From the NCBI GenBank assembly GCA_963663385.2, contig CAXXXD010000002.1, positions 320,001-384,000 on the forward strand: a stretch of 64,000 bases of DNA. The letters are read 5' to 3'. Position numbers and translations under genes: made by a program. Below the pieces are notes generated by a model. The model saw only the letters and a program-made list of their open reading frames with translations, was not told where the DNA came from and searched no databases. Shown here piece by piece: positions 18,261 to 27,166 of this stretch (its first letter is position 1; each line of letters opens with the position of its first letter). Source of the DNA: Oceanispirochaeta sp. GTDB lineage: Bacteria > Spirochaetota > Spirochaetia > DSM-2461.

Positions 18261-19528
18261 ATGATCCCTTCAGTAAACCCTTTAGTTTTGAATTTAAAAG
18301 AATCGGCCACTCTGTTAATCAATAATCAGATTAAAGAGATGCGGAGTAAAGGGAAGGTGGTCTCTCATTTCGGCTTCGGCCAGGCGGCGTTTCCCGTACC
18401 CGGTCTGCTGGTTGATGCCCTCCGGGAGCATGCCGGGGAAAACTCCTACCTGCCGACGCAGGGACTCCTGGAGCTGCGGGAAGCCTTCTGTGGATTCCTG
18501 GACAGGGAATTCTCTCTGAAATATTCCCCCGGCGATATTTTTATCGGCCCCGGGAGCAAGGAACTGATTTTTCAGGTAAGTTATATGGTTGAAGGGGTAC
18601 TGCTGGTACCGGCCCCAGCTGGGTGAGCTACGGTCCCCAGGCGACCATCCGGGGTAAAAAACTCGTACCCATAGAAACGCAGCGGGAGAACGGGTACAAA
18701 CTGAAGCCCCGCGAACTGGACCAGGCCTGTCATACCCTGGTGCAGGAACAGAAACTCCTGATTCTGAATAATCCCAATAACCCTACAGACTGTGTGTATT
18801 CTGAAGAGGAACTGCGGGAGCTGGCAGATATCTGCAGGGCCTATAATGTGGTGGTTATTTCCGATGAAATCTATGCCATGATTGATTTTACCGGAAAAGG
18901 GCATACCAGCATTGCCTCGTATTATCCCGAGGGAACGATTATCTCGACCGGTCTTTCCAAGTCTTTTGCGGCGGGAGGATATCGGTTGGGAGTTATGGTC
19001 ATCCCCGATTCCCTGGGGGTTCTCAAGGGCGCTCTCAAATCCATAATAAGTGAAACATTCAGCGCTGTGAGCGCTCCCATACAGTATGCCGCCAGGGAAG
19101 CGTACAGCCGTTTTGATGAAATCCGGGATGAAATCAGACTGAATACGGAAATCTATCAGTATGCCAGCCGTTATCTTTGGAAACGGTTTCTGGATATGGA
19201 TCTTAACTGCCCCAAACCCCAGGGAGCCTTCTATCTGTTCCCCGACTTTGACAATTTCCGGGAAAAGCTCAGGAAGAAAGGAATCTTAACCGGGATCCAG
19301 CTCTCTAAGGAACTCCTTCAGAAGATCGGAGTAGCTTTTCTGCCCGGATCGGATTTCTATTTTCCCGCAACTAATCTGGGGGTCCGGGTCGCCTCGGTGG
19401 ACTTTGACGGGGTTTCAGTCCGGAAGAGCTGGCCTGAAGGGCCTGTTTCGGAGGAGAAAACAGGAGAACTGTTTCCCAGTCTGGTAAACGGCTGTAATTG
19501 TCTGGAGCAGTATTTGGAGGAGCTGTAA
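18261..19528 (+). pseudogene. Class I/II PLP aminotransferase, frameshifted at about 18613-18616
   Basis: ORFs 18261-18626 and 18623-19528 join to ...VPAPSWVSYGPQA if one C is added to GGCCCCAGC; SDEIY and GLSKSFAAGGYRLG present. Confidence 0.8.
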
Positions 19529-19581
19529 TTATTTATTAACGGATTACTACTTTGCGGATTGAAGGCGGCCTATATTCTACA

Positions 19582-19613
19582 GGACATTAAACCACCGTAT
19601 TTCTCTCGAGAAA
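19582..19613 (+). repeat. Left copy of a 32-bp direct repeat (att-like)
   Basis: GGACATTAAACCACCGTATTTCTCTCGAGAAA; 31/32 identical to 27135-27166. Confidence 0.9.
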
Positions 19614-19665
19614 AACGAAGAAAATACTTAAGACCGTTGTTTATATGGCTACTGATAAATAAAGG

Positions 19666-19701
19666 AAAAACCAGGAGGAACCATGAGTCGCGCTCCTCCT
19701 G
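19666..19701 (-). terminator. Terminator of the leftward islet operon
   Basis: CAGGAGGA...TCCTCCTG stem followed by GTTTTT on the minus strand. Confidence 0.6.
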
Positions 19702-19721
19702 TGAGGTCATGACTTGTCGTT

Positions 19722-20609
19722 TTAAAAGTAATCCGATATCTTATGCATTGCAGCTTCAATCGTTTTCTTCTCTGAATCGGTGAGAGTGCCGAAGGGTTTG
19801 CGGCAGTCGCCTATACTTAGCCCCAAAACGCTTAAACAGTACTTGGCGGCCGGAAAAACATTGATACTGACCAGAGTTTCGATAAACTCATTCAGTTTGT
19901 TCTGTAAAACCTGTGCTTGAGAAATTTCATTCTTATCAAAAGAGTCTTTGATTTCTCTGAGGAGTTTAGAGCAAATATTTACTGTGGTTCCAATGGTCGA
20001 TGAAGCGCCGGCATTCAGACTGTACAACCAAATTTCATCGAATCCATTAAATATCGTCTTTTTGGGAAAAGCCTGTTGGATCCGCTCCAGTTCAAAGAGA
20101 TTCATTGACGTATGCTTGATTCCAATAATCTTCTCATCTTCCAGGATACTGTTCCCCTTGGAAAATGATATTCCGGTAAACTGAGGAATATTGTAAACAA
20201 TAACGCCCAAATCAACCGAATCAATCACATCTCTATAGTACTGAAAGATTTCTTCCTGTTTATACTTGTAGTAAATCGGTGGAATCAGAGAAACCGCAGA
20301 TGCTCCATGTACTTCTGCATGTTTAGACAGAGCCACAGCCTCTCTTGTGCTTAACGAACCTGTATGAACAATAAAAGGAATATTACCGCCTGCTTCTTCT
20401 GCAACAATCTCCACTATCTTCATCCGTTCCTCTTTTTCCAGAAGAAGAGCCTCTCCCGATGATCCACAGCAGTAGATCCCTTCTACCCCATGATCCATCT
20501 CAAATCGAATTAACTCTCGCAGTTTATTTTCATCGAGCTCTCCTCCTGCTGTAGCAGGGGTAAAAAGGGCTGAATAGATCCCATCGTTTTTGATCGGCAG
20601 GCCTACCAT
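19722..20609 (-). CDS. DHDPS/N-acetylneuraminate-lyase family aldolase
   Basis: GSSGE, YNIPQFTG, GIKHTS (Schiff-base Lys); probable start ATG 20609. Confidence 0.85.
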   Translation of the reverse strand: MVGLPIKNDGIYSALFTPATAGGELDENKLRELIRFEMDHGVEGIYCCGSSGEALLLEKEERMKIVEIVAEEAGGNIPFIVHTGSLSTREAVALSKHAEVHGASAVSLIPPIYYKYKQEEIFQYYRDVIDSVDLGVIVYNIPQFTGISFSKGNSILEDEKIIGIKHTSMNLFELERIQQAFPKKTIFNGFDEIWLYSLNAGASSTIGTTVNICSKLLREIKDSFDKNEISQAQVLQNKLNEFIETLVSINVFPAAKYCLSVLGLSIGDCRKPFGTLTDSEKKTIEAAMHKISDYF

Positions 20610-21433
20610 GCGGTCCATCCTCCATCCATGATCAAATTGGAACCGGTCATGTATTTGGATGCATCAGATGCTAAAAAGATTATGGCACCGTTGTACTCAT
20701 CAGCTTGAGCCATACGACCGATAGGCATTCTGTTACAGTAGTTTTTCTGAAACTCTGGGTCTTGGGTTTCTCTCCAGACACCTGAAGGAGTAAATGTATT
20801 CACACGAATACCCTTCTTGCCCCAATAGGTTGCACAGTAACGGGTCAGATTATAAATTCCTGACTTTGCGGCAGAGTATGCAACAGGTTTTATGAAGGGA
20901 ATGCCTGTTTTTTCGGCCTTGTAAGCATAGATATCCTGAATGGGGCTTACTATACCGTAAATAGAACCGATATTAATGATTGATCCGGGTTTTCCGGCTT
21001 TTACCATACGGGCTCCAACGGCCTGGGTCATCAGAAATGTTCCTGTCAGGTTTGTTTCCACTACCTCCCGGAACACATCTTCAGGGAACTCTTCAAAAGG
21101 ACCGGAGACTTCGGGGGGGGCACTGGGCTGAGTATCAATGCCGGCATTGTTCACTAGAACATCGGGAACTCCCCATGTGTTCTCCAGATCATCCAGAAAG
21201 TTATTAATAGAGTCTTTCTTGGTGATGTCGACGGCATAACATTTGACATTTCCGCTGTTTAGAATTGTTTTCCCCAATATTTTTTCAGCTTTTTCGGTAT
21301 TGGCCGAACGTGAGAGAACAGCGACGTTAGCCCCCCTTTTCTGGAATTCCTTTACGAACTCCGCTCCGATCTGTCCAAGACCACCGGTAATCACAACAAT
21401 TTTTCCTGATACATCAAACAATTCATCTTTCAT
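20603..21433 (-). CDS. SDR-family oxidoreductase
   Basis: TGGLGQIG, VNNAG, GSIYG, YSAAK, NLIMDGGW. Confidence 0.92.
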   Translation of the reverse strand: MKDELFDVSGKIVVITGGLGQIGAEFVKEFQKRGANVAVLSRSANTEKAEKILGKTILNSGNVKCYAVDITKKDSINNFLDDLENTWGVPDVLVNNAGIDTQPSAPPEVSGPFEEFPEDVFREVVETNLTGTFLMTQAVGARMVKAGKPGSIINIGSIYGIVSPIQDIYAYKAEKTGIPFIKPVAYSAAKSGIYNLTRYCATYWGKKGIRVNTFTPSGVWRETQDPEFQKNYCNRMPIGRMAQADEYNGAIIFLASDASKYMTGSNLIMDGGWTAW

Positions 21434-21453
21434 AGTTATTAATCCCAATTATT

Positions 21454-22569
21454 TTATTCAGTAACACTTGCAAAAAGTGTCAAACTATCATAGTTCAAAT
21501 CGACTCCGAGCCCCGGACGGTCAGGAATATTCATAACACCGTTAACAGGAGTGGGTGCGTTCGTAAATGTTGTCTCCACCAGTTCGTTAAACATAAATAA
21601 ACTCTCTAGTATGACTCCATTGGAGAAGGCGGAAAGTAAATGCATATGAATAAAATCGAAACCATGGGGAGCGTAGGCAATATTGTATGCCTGTGCAAAG
21701 GAGACCATCTTGCGGCCTTCGGTAAAACCGCCGCACCGGGTGATGTCCGATTGGAGATAGTCTATACATCCGTTTGCGATAAGATCCCTGGCACCGTACC
21801 GGGTGTATTCGTGTTCACCCGATCCGCAGGGGAGAATCCCTGCAGCCCTGAACCGTGCCAATCCCGGAAGGTCATCCGCAAAAACGGGTTCTTCAAAGAA
21901 AACAATGTTACAGTCTCTCAGCTTATACGCCAGCCTCAGGGCAACCGCAGAAGTGAAAGCATTGTTAGCATCCAGCATAATTCCCATGTCCGGTCCGATG
22001 GCTTCACTAAGCGCCAGAATTCGCCGGGCATCTTCATTCGGATTCTTCCCGCCGTCTACACCGATTTTGACTTTAATGGTTTTGAAGCCGGCCTCTTTCA
22101 TTACCTTGGCCTCGGCAATCAGCTGATCAATGGTATAGGAAGTCCAGCCGCCGGTAGCATAGCAGTCGATCTGAGTCCGTCTTCCCCCCAGAAGTTTGTA
22201 AAGAGGCAGTTCGAACATCTTTCCCTTGATATCCCATAGTGCAATGTCCAGTGCACTGTAAGCACAGAATGCCAGCCCCTTGCGTCCAACACCTCTCATA
22301 TAGGCAAAAATATCGTCATAGATTGCTTCGGTTTCCAGGGGCGACCGGCCGATCAGTTTCGGTCCGATGGAAGAACGGATGAACTCACAGATAGCTTCTC
22401 CCCCTACCTCATGGTAGGTGAGTCCATAGCCATGGATTCCGTCATCGGTAGTGATATCCACTACAACATACCCGATGGTTTCCACCTTTCTCGTGGCATC
22501 GGAGAAATCGCCCTTGGCTTTTGTTTCGATCAGATACGTATCAATTTTTATAACTTTTGAATCGTGCAT
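21454..22569 (-). CDS. Mandelate-racemase-subgroup enolase (sugar-acid dehydratase)
   Basis: ALDIALWDIKGK, KVKIG (KxK), MLDAN, FEEP, GEHE, APH, RPGLG. Confidence 0.9.
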   Translation of the reverse strand: MHDSKVIKIDTYLIETKAKGDFSDATRKVETIGYVVVDITTDDGIHGYGLTYHEVGGEAICEFIRSSIGPKLIGRSPLETEAIYDDIFAYMRGVGRKGLAFCAYSALDIALWDIKGKMFELPLYKLLGGRRTQIDCYATGGWTSYTIDQLIAEAKVMKEAGFKTIKVKIGVDGGKNPNEDARRILALSEAIGPDMGIMLDANNAFTSAVALRLAYKLRDCNIVFFEEPVFADDLPGLARFRAAGILPCGSGEHEYTRYGARDLIANGCIDYLQSDITRCGGFTEGRKMVSFAQAYNIAYAPHGFDFIHMHLLSAFSNGVILESLFMFNELVETTFTNAPTPVNGVMNIPDRPGLGVDLNYDSLTLFASVTE

Positions 22570-22600
22570 GTTTTAACCTCTTTTATTCAGAAAATGATAA

Positions 22601-23434
22601 TTACCCTTTTACAGCTCCGGCTGTCATACCGGCAACCAGATGCTTTTGGGCAAAAAAGAACATAATACAGACCGGTATAATCGTAACGATCCCTCCCGCG
22701 GTCAGAAGATCCCACTGAACCCCCAGCTGTCCGATAAGATTTTTCAGAGCTATGGGAATGGTTCGGGTGGAAACATTGGTAAACATCATGGCAAACGTGT
22801 ACTCATTCCATGAGTTCATAAAAATATAGATTCCTGTGGCCATCAGACAGGGGGTCAAAATGGGAAGAATAATCTTTATAAAAGCCAACCCTCTGTTACA
22901 GCCGTCTATCAGAGCGGCTTCTTCCAGGGATATCGGCAGATCATTGATGAATCCGTTTAAAAGCCATACAGAAAAAGGAATCGTAAAAGTCGTGTATGAA
23001 AAAACAAGCGAGGCATGAGTGTAGAGGAGCCCCAGCTTTCTCATAATGGCGTATAGCGGTATTAGCAACAGCACGGTTGGAAACATGTTATTACTGAGAA
23101 ACATGAGCATTAAGGCTTTTCTACCGGCAAATCTGTACCTTGAGAAAGCATATGCAGCCAGTGTAGACACGGTCAGAGAGACAATTGAAGTCAACATAGC
23201 TACAATAAAACTGTTTTTCATGGCAGAAAAAAAGTTGACCGTTGTTGTAAACAACTTTGTATAAGATTCGAACGTTATCACTTTGGGCCAGTAGGTTGTG
23301 GCACCGTACAGTTCGTTTTCCGTTTTGATGGATGTCACAAATGTCCAGTAAAAGGGGAATACAAGAAAGAGCAAGATTATGATTAAAGGCAGAACGAATA
23401 AGAATACCTGCTTGATATCTAATTTGTTTTTCAT
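22601..23434 (-). CDS. Carbohydrate ABC transporter permease (MalG-like)
   Basis: LEEAALIDG EAA motif, SWNEY, GMTAGAVKG. Confidence 0.92.
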   Translation of the reverse strand: MKNKLDIKQVFLFVLPLIIILLFLVFPFYWTFVTSIKTENELYGATTYWPKVITFESYTKLFTTTVNFFSAMKNSFIVAMLTSIVSLTVSTLAAYAFSRYRFAGRKALMLMFLSNNMFPTVLLLIPLYAIMRKLGLLYTHASLVFSYTTFTIPFSVWLLNGFINDLPISLEEAALIDGCNRGLAFIKIILPILTPCLMATGIYIFMNSWNEYTFAMMFTNVSTRTIPIALKNLIGQLGVQWDLLTAGGIVTIIPVCIMFFFAQKHLVAGMTAGAVKG

Positions 23435-24306
23435 TTTGCATCCTTGAAAGTGGCTGAAAGATAAGGAATGGCAACCAGAGAAAGAAGAATGGCCAGAAAA
23501 ATAGCCATAGAAGAAGAATAGCCAAGATTCAAAGCATTTCCTTTATTATATACATAGACACTTAAGGTCTGTGTTGAATAAGCAGGTCCTCCCTGAGTCA
23601 TATTGAATATGACGTCCACCGAGTTGGCAACCCAGATAATTCTTAATAACAGAGTGACAAAAAGAGTATTTTTGATTGAAGGAATTGTCACATAAAACAG
23701 ACGTTGAATGGGGTTCACTCCATCCATTGCGGCTGCTTCATACAATTCATTCGGAACAACCTGCAGTGCCGCCAGCAGCATCAGAGCAAAGAAAGGAATT
23801 CCCTGCCAGATAATGGCAACAATAACACAAGGTAGAGAACTGGATGTCAGCGAAAGAAAGGGAATGTTTTCTTCAATAATATGGAGTTTCATCAGGATAT
23901 CGTTCAATACCCCGAAGTTTCCATCATAAATCCATCGCCACATTAAGCCGATTAAAACACCAGGAGTAACCCAGGGGATCATACTGACAGCTCTGATCAC
24001 GCCGCGCCCTGTAAAATGATGATTCAGCAGAACAGCCAAAAGAAAACCGAAAACGAATTGAAAACCCACTCCGAAGAATACCCAGAGTAATGTTCTCCAG
24101 AGAGCGCCCCAGAAGAGGGGGTCTTTAAACATATTGATATAGTTCATCAGCCCAATGAATCCGATTTCCTGGGGCCGCCTGAGGTCATAGCTCTGAAAGC
24201 TCATTATAATTGCATTCAGAATGGGAATAAAAACCACGCCAGCGATGATCAGAACAGCAGGAGCAACTAATACATAAGGCCATATATTTTTATTTGTGTT
24301 TTCCAC
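23431..24306 (-). CDS. Carbohydrate ABC transporter permease (MalF-like)
   Basis: FIGLMNY, LYEAAAMDG, TQGGP. Confidence 0.92.
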   Translation of the reverse strand: MENTNKNIWPYVLVAPAVLIIAGVVFIPILNAIIMSFQSYDLRRPQEIGFIGLMNYINMFKDPLFWGALWRTLLWVFFGVGFQFVFGFLLAVLLNHHFTGRGVIRAVSMIPWVTPGVLIGLMWRWIYDGNFGVLNDILMKLHIIEENIPFLSLTSSSLPCVIVAIIWQGIPFFALMLLAALQVVPNELYEAAAMDGVNPIQRLFYVTIPSIKNTLFVTLLLRIIWVANSVDVIFNMTQGGPAYSTQTLSVYVYNKGNALNLGYSSSMAIFLAILLSLVAIPYLSATFKDAK

Positions 24307-24327
24307 ATATGACTCCTAAAGAGTTTG

Positions 24328-24355
24328 AAAAGGAGCGGTCTACACGGACCGCTCC
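24328..24355 (-). terminator. Intra-operon hairpin after the SBP gene
   Basis: GGAGCGGTC...GACCGCTCC followed by TTTT on the minus strand. Confidence 0.6.
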
Positions 24356-24380
24356 GGTTGTTATTACAATTTTAAATAAG

Positions 24381-25634
24381 TTATCTGTAAAGTCCTTTAT
24401 CCAGAGTATCCATACACTCTGTAGCACTGATCCTTCCAGACAATGCCTGAGCAACAGTATTCGGCCAGATAACAGAGATCCACTCTGTCGTTGTATCAAG
24501 AATAGGCAGAATCCCGGCATAACCTTGACTGTCGATAGAAGCTTTCATAAAACGATTGTCTTGAAAGAATGCGCTTTGGGATACCGTTTTGCTGACTGGT
24601 ACATTTCCTGTTCCTTCGCACCACATTTTCTGCCCTTCTCCTGCAGCCAGATAGGAAATCCATTCAAATGCAGCATCTTTATTTTTACTGGTTTTGAAAA
24701 TAACTGTTTCAGTATCACCCATAGAGGTCCACTGACCGTCTCCTTTGGGAAAAGGGAAGGCTGAAACATCTTCACCCAGGGCGTCAATCATACCTTTCGA
24801 AGAGCCTGTATGGTGAATGGTCATGGCTGTAATACCAGATTTGAAGTTTGTAATGATCTCACTGAAACCGTCGTTAGGAGCTGTTGGAGGAACATAGCCG
24901 TTATTATAGATATCCATAAAATCCTGCATACCTTTTACAGATTCAGTACTTTTCAGGTTTTCAAAGCTTCCGCCCCTTCCGCTAATGAAACTCCCCCAGG
25001 GTTCCTGACCACCTTTTGCTCCTCTCATACCATAACCGTACACATCGGTTTTACCGTCACCATCGACGTCCATGGTACATCTTTTAACGGCTTCCAGAAA
25101 ATCATTGTATGTTGCAGGAACACTAATCCCTGCTTTTTCAAAAATAGAAGGTCTGTAATATACATAGAGAACCTGAATATTCCAGGGCATGACATAAATG
25201 TTCTCTGAATTCCCAGCCTTTTTCATGATATTGTAAATATTGTTGTCAATATCATCTTTTTTTGACCATTTGTTGATGTAAGGTGTCAGATCTTCCAGAA
25301 GATCATTGTTGGCAAACAGGGGTGTGGATGTTAGTTTCCAGGTTGCACAGTCAATATCCCCTCCACCCATCATGGTATTAAAAAGGTTTTCTGAATATGC
25401 ACCTCCGTCCCAGGGAACCTCTTCCCCGACTACCAGGATCCCTTTACCATTTTCGGCATTAAACTTTTCAATTATATCCTGCATTAGTTGTGAATAATCA
25501 GTGTTATCAGCCCAGTACCTGAACGTTATTATTGTTTTACCGGAATCCTCGCTCTTTTCCTGTTGTCCCCCAGAAAAAAGAACAGAAACAATCGATATGA
25601 GCAGGATGCTCAAAACCAAAATTTTTCTTTTCAT
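24381..25634 (-). CDS. Sugar ABC transporter substrate-binding protein
   Basis: Signal peptide ending FSGGQQE; YYRPSIFEKAG; DVDGDGKTDVYG; KDAAFEWISYL. Confidence 0.92.
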   Translation of the reverse strand: MKRKILVLSILLISIVSVLFSGGQQEKSEDSGKTIITFRYWADNTDYSQLMQDIIEKFNAENGKGILVVGEEVPWDGGAYSENLFNTMMGGGDIDCATWKLTSTPLFANNDLLEDLTPYINKWSKKDDIDNNIYNIMKKAGNSENIYVMPWNIQVLYVYYRPSIFEKAGISVPATYNDFLEAVKRCTMDVDGDGKTDVYGYGMRGAKGGQEPWGSFISGRGGSFENLKSTESVKGMQDFMDIYNNGYVPPTAPNDGFSEIITNFKSGITAMTIHHTGSSKGMIDALGEDVSAFPFPKGDGQWTSMGDTETVIFKTSKNKDAAFEWISYLAAGEGQKMWCEGTGNVPVSKTVSQSAFFQDNRFMKASIDSQGYAGILPILDTTTEWISVIWPNTVAQALSGRISATECMDTLDKGLYR

Positions 25635-25663
25635 AAATATCCTCCTATAAATTGCATGACAGC

Positions 25664-25680
25664 AGATTGTCGGACAATCT
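25664..25680. promoter_or_regulatory. FadR/GntR-type operator
   Basis: Perfect palindrome AGATTGTC-G-GACAATCT; the core TTGTCGGACAA recurs at 25841-25851. Confidence 0.7.
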
Positions 25681-25806
25681 TGTTATTACTATGATAACAT
25701 GTAAGATAGATCTGTCAATATATTTTGATATAATTACATAATATATTATTATGCAAATATTTAATTAAAAACTCTACTGGAGGTGCGGAATATTGTCAGG
25801 AAAATC

Positions 25807-25851
25807 TTGACGACTATAATGATTAGTGTTAAGATAATTTTTGTCGGACAA
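25807..25851 (+). promoter_or_regulatory. Sigma70-like promoter plus operator of the islet regulator
   Basis: TTGACG-N17-TAAGAT followed by TTGTCGGACAA. Confidence 0.6.
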
Positions 25852-25852
25852 T

Positions 25853-26575
25853 ATGATGAAATCAGTAAAAAGAGTGTCAGTTACAAAACAAATTGCAGAG
25901 TCTATAAAGGAATCGATCATTAGCGGTCAGTTCACAGTGGGAGAGAAGCTTCCAGCTGAAAACAAACTCTGCGAACTTCTTAAAGTCAGTCGTTCTTCCA
26001 TAAGAGAGGCCATGCAGGCCCTTCAGGTAGAAGGATATGTAGAACTGATTCCAGGTCGTGGAGCTTTCGTTCGAGATAACAATTCTCACGATTATGATAC
26101 AGTTAGAAAGTGGTTTATTGATTCGGTTCCGACACTTGAGGATTATACAGAAGTCAGAGAAGCCATTGAACCTCTTGCCATTAGAATGGCCATACAAAGA
26201 GGAACTGAAGAAGAACTGGAAAACCTTATTCAGATTCATAAAGAATTTATCGAAGCAGAAAAAGTGAAGAATGTAAGCCTTATGGCTAAACTGGATGAGA
26301 AGTTCCATACTCAGATTGTGTTAATGTCCCATAACTCTCTTTTAAATAAGATCAATACTCTTCTGGCCTCCGAGTTGAAAAAGTACCGGGTTATGTCTAT
26401 CTCTGTAAAAGAGCACTCGGACAATACCATCCGGGAACATGAACTGATCTGTGAAAGTATCAAAAACCGTGATGCCCGGCTGGCAACCTCGGCTATGCTG
26501 AAACATCTGGATATGACCCTATCGGATATGAACAAAGTTATTCATGGACAGCAGAAAGAAGACTATTCTCAGTAA
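25853..26575 (+). CDS. FadR/GntR-family regulator (FCD domain)
   Basis: GEKLPAENKLCELLKVSRSSIREAMQAL, GRGAFV, LDEKFH, EHELI. Confidence 0.93.
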   Translation: MMKSVKRVSVTKQIAESIKESIISGQFTVGEKLPAENKLCELLKVSRSSIREAMQALQVEGYVELIPGRGAFVRDNNSHDYDTVRKWFIDSVPTLEDYTEVREAIEPLAIRMAIQRGTEEELENLIQIHKEFIEAEKVKNVSLMAKLDEKFHTQIVLMSHNSLLNKINTLLASELKKYRVMSISVKEHSDNTIREHELICESIKNRDARLATSAMLKHLDMTLSDMNKVIHGQQKEDYSQ

Positions 26576-26606
26576 CTAATCTCATAACAATAAGGAATCT
26601 CTTTTT

Positions 26607-26999
26607 ATGAAGATCAATAAAGTGGATCATATGACTATAGTTGTAAAGAATTTAGAAGACACTAAAAGGTTTTATGGAGAACTTTTAGGGTTTGAATTTC
26701 TTGAAGCGGTAAAACTGGGAGATCACATCTGCCACTACTTTAAAATTCCCGGCGGACAGAAACTGGAACTGACAGAATACCTCTATCATACCGATGACGC
26801 TTCTTTTCAGCCAAATGAAAGGGGAATTGTCCGGCATCTCGCTTTCGAAGTTGATGATGTAAAGGGACTTGAAAAAATACTGGAAGATGCAGGATATAAG
26901 TTCCACTGTCCCGTCGGTCATACTCCCGAACTGGGTGTAAACAATGGTCTGGTTCATGATCCCAACGGGGTGGAGCTGGAATTTGTTGAGTATGTGTAA
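26607..26999 (+). CDS. VOC/glyoxalase-family protein
   Basis: VDHMTIVVKNLE..KRFYGELLGF, HLAFEVDD, DPNGVELEF. Confidence 0.9.
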   Translation: MKINKVDHMTIVVKNLEDTKRFYGELLGFEFLEAVKLGDHICHYFKIPGGQKLELTEYLYHTDDASFQPNERGIVRHLAFEVDDVKGLEKILEDAGYKFHCPVGHTPELGVNNGLVHDPNGVELEFVEYV

Positions 27000-27134
27000 A
27001 TGTGAAGAGGCATCCGGCTATCGGAACAACGACCAATCTTTTCTATGAAAAATGCAGAGAGCTTCGATGGAATTCTAAGTAGAGTGCTATGAGCTAGTCT
27101 CAGATGATTCAGACGGATACTGATATATCCTTTC

Positions 27135-27166
27135 GGACATTAAACCACCGTATTTCCCTCGAGAAA
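27135..27166 (+). repeat. Right copy of the 32-bp direct repeat; encodes the last 8 codons and stop of the GntR-LacI gene
   Basis: GGACATTAAACCACCGTATTTCCCTCGAGAAA. Confidence 0.9.

Larger units (their letters stand above)
19614..27134. mobile_element. Integrated catabolic islet (about 7.5 kb, no integrase)
   Basis: Bounded by a 32-bp direct repeat overlapping a gene 3' end; AT-richer than the flanks by eye; self-contained operon plus regulator. Confidence 0.7.

Noticed and set aside
18600..18630. Programmed ribosomal frameshift in the aminotransferase
   Set aside because: No canonical slippery heptamer or stimulatory structure is evident; mutation or sequencing error is simpler
19683..19712. 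Tiny ORF MSRAPPVRS with an AGGAGG SD, as a possible transposase remnant
   Set aside because: Better explained as the stem of the minus-strand terminator; too short to support homology
19614..27134. Composite transposon or prophage
   Set aside because: No terminal inverted repeats, transposase, integrase or phage genes were seen
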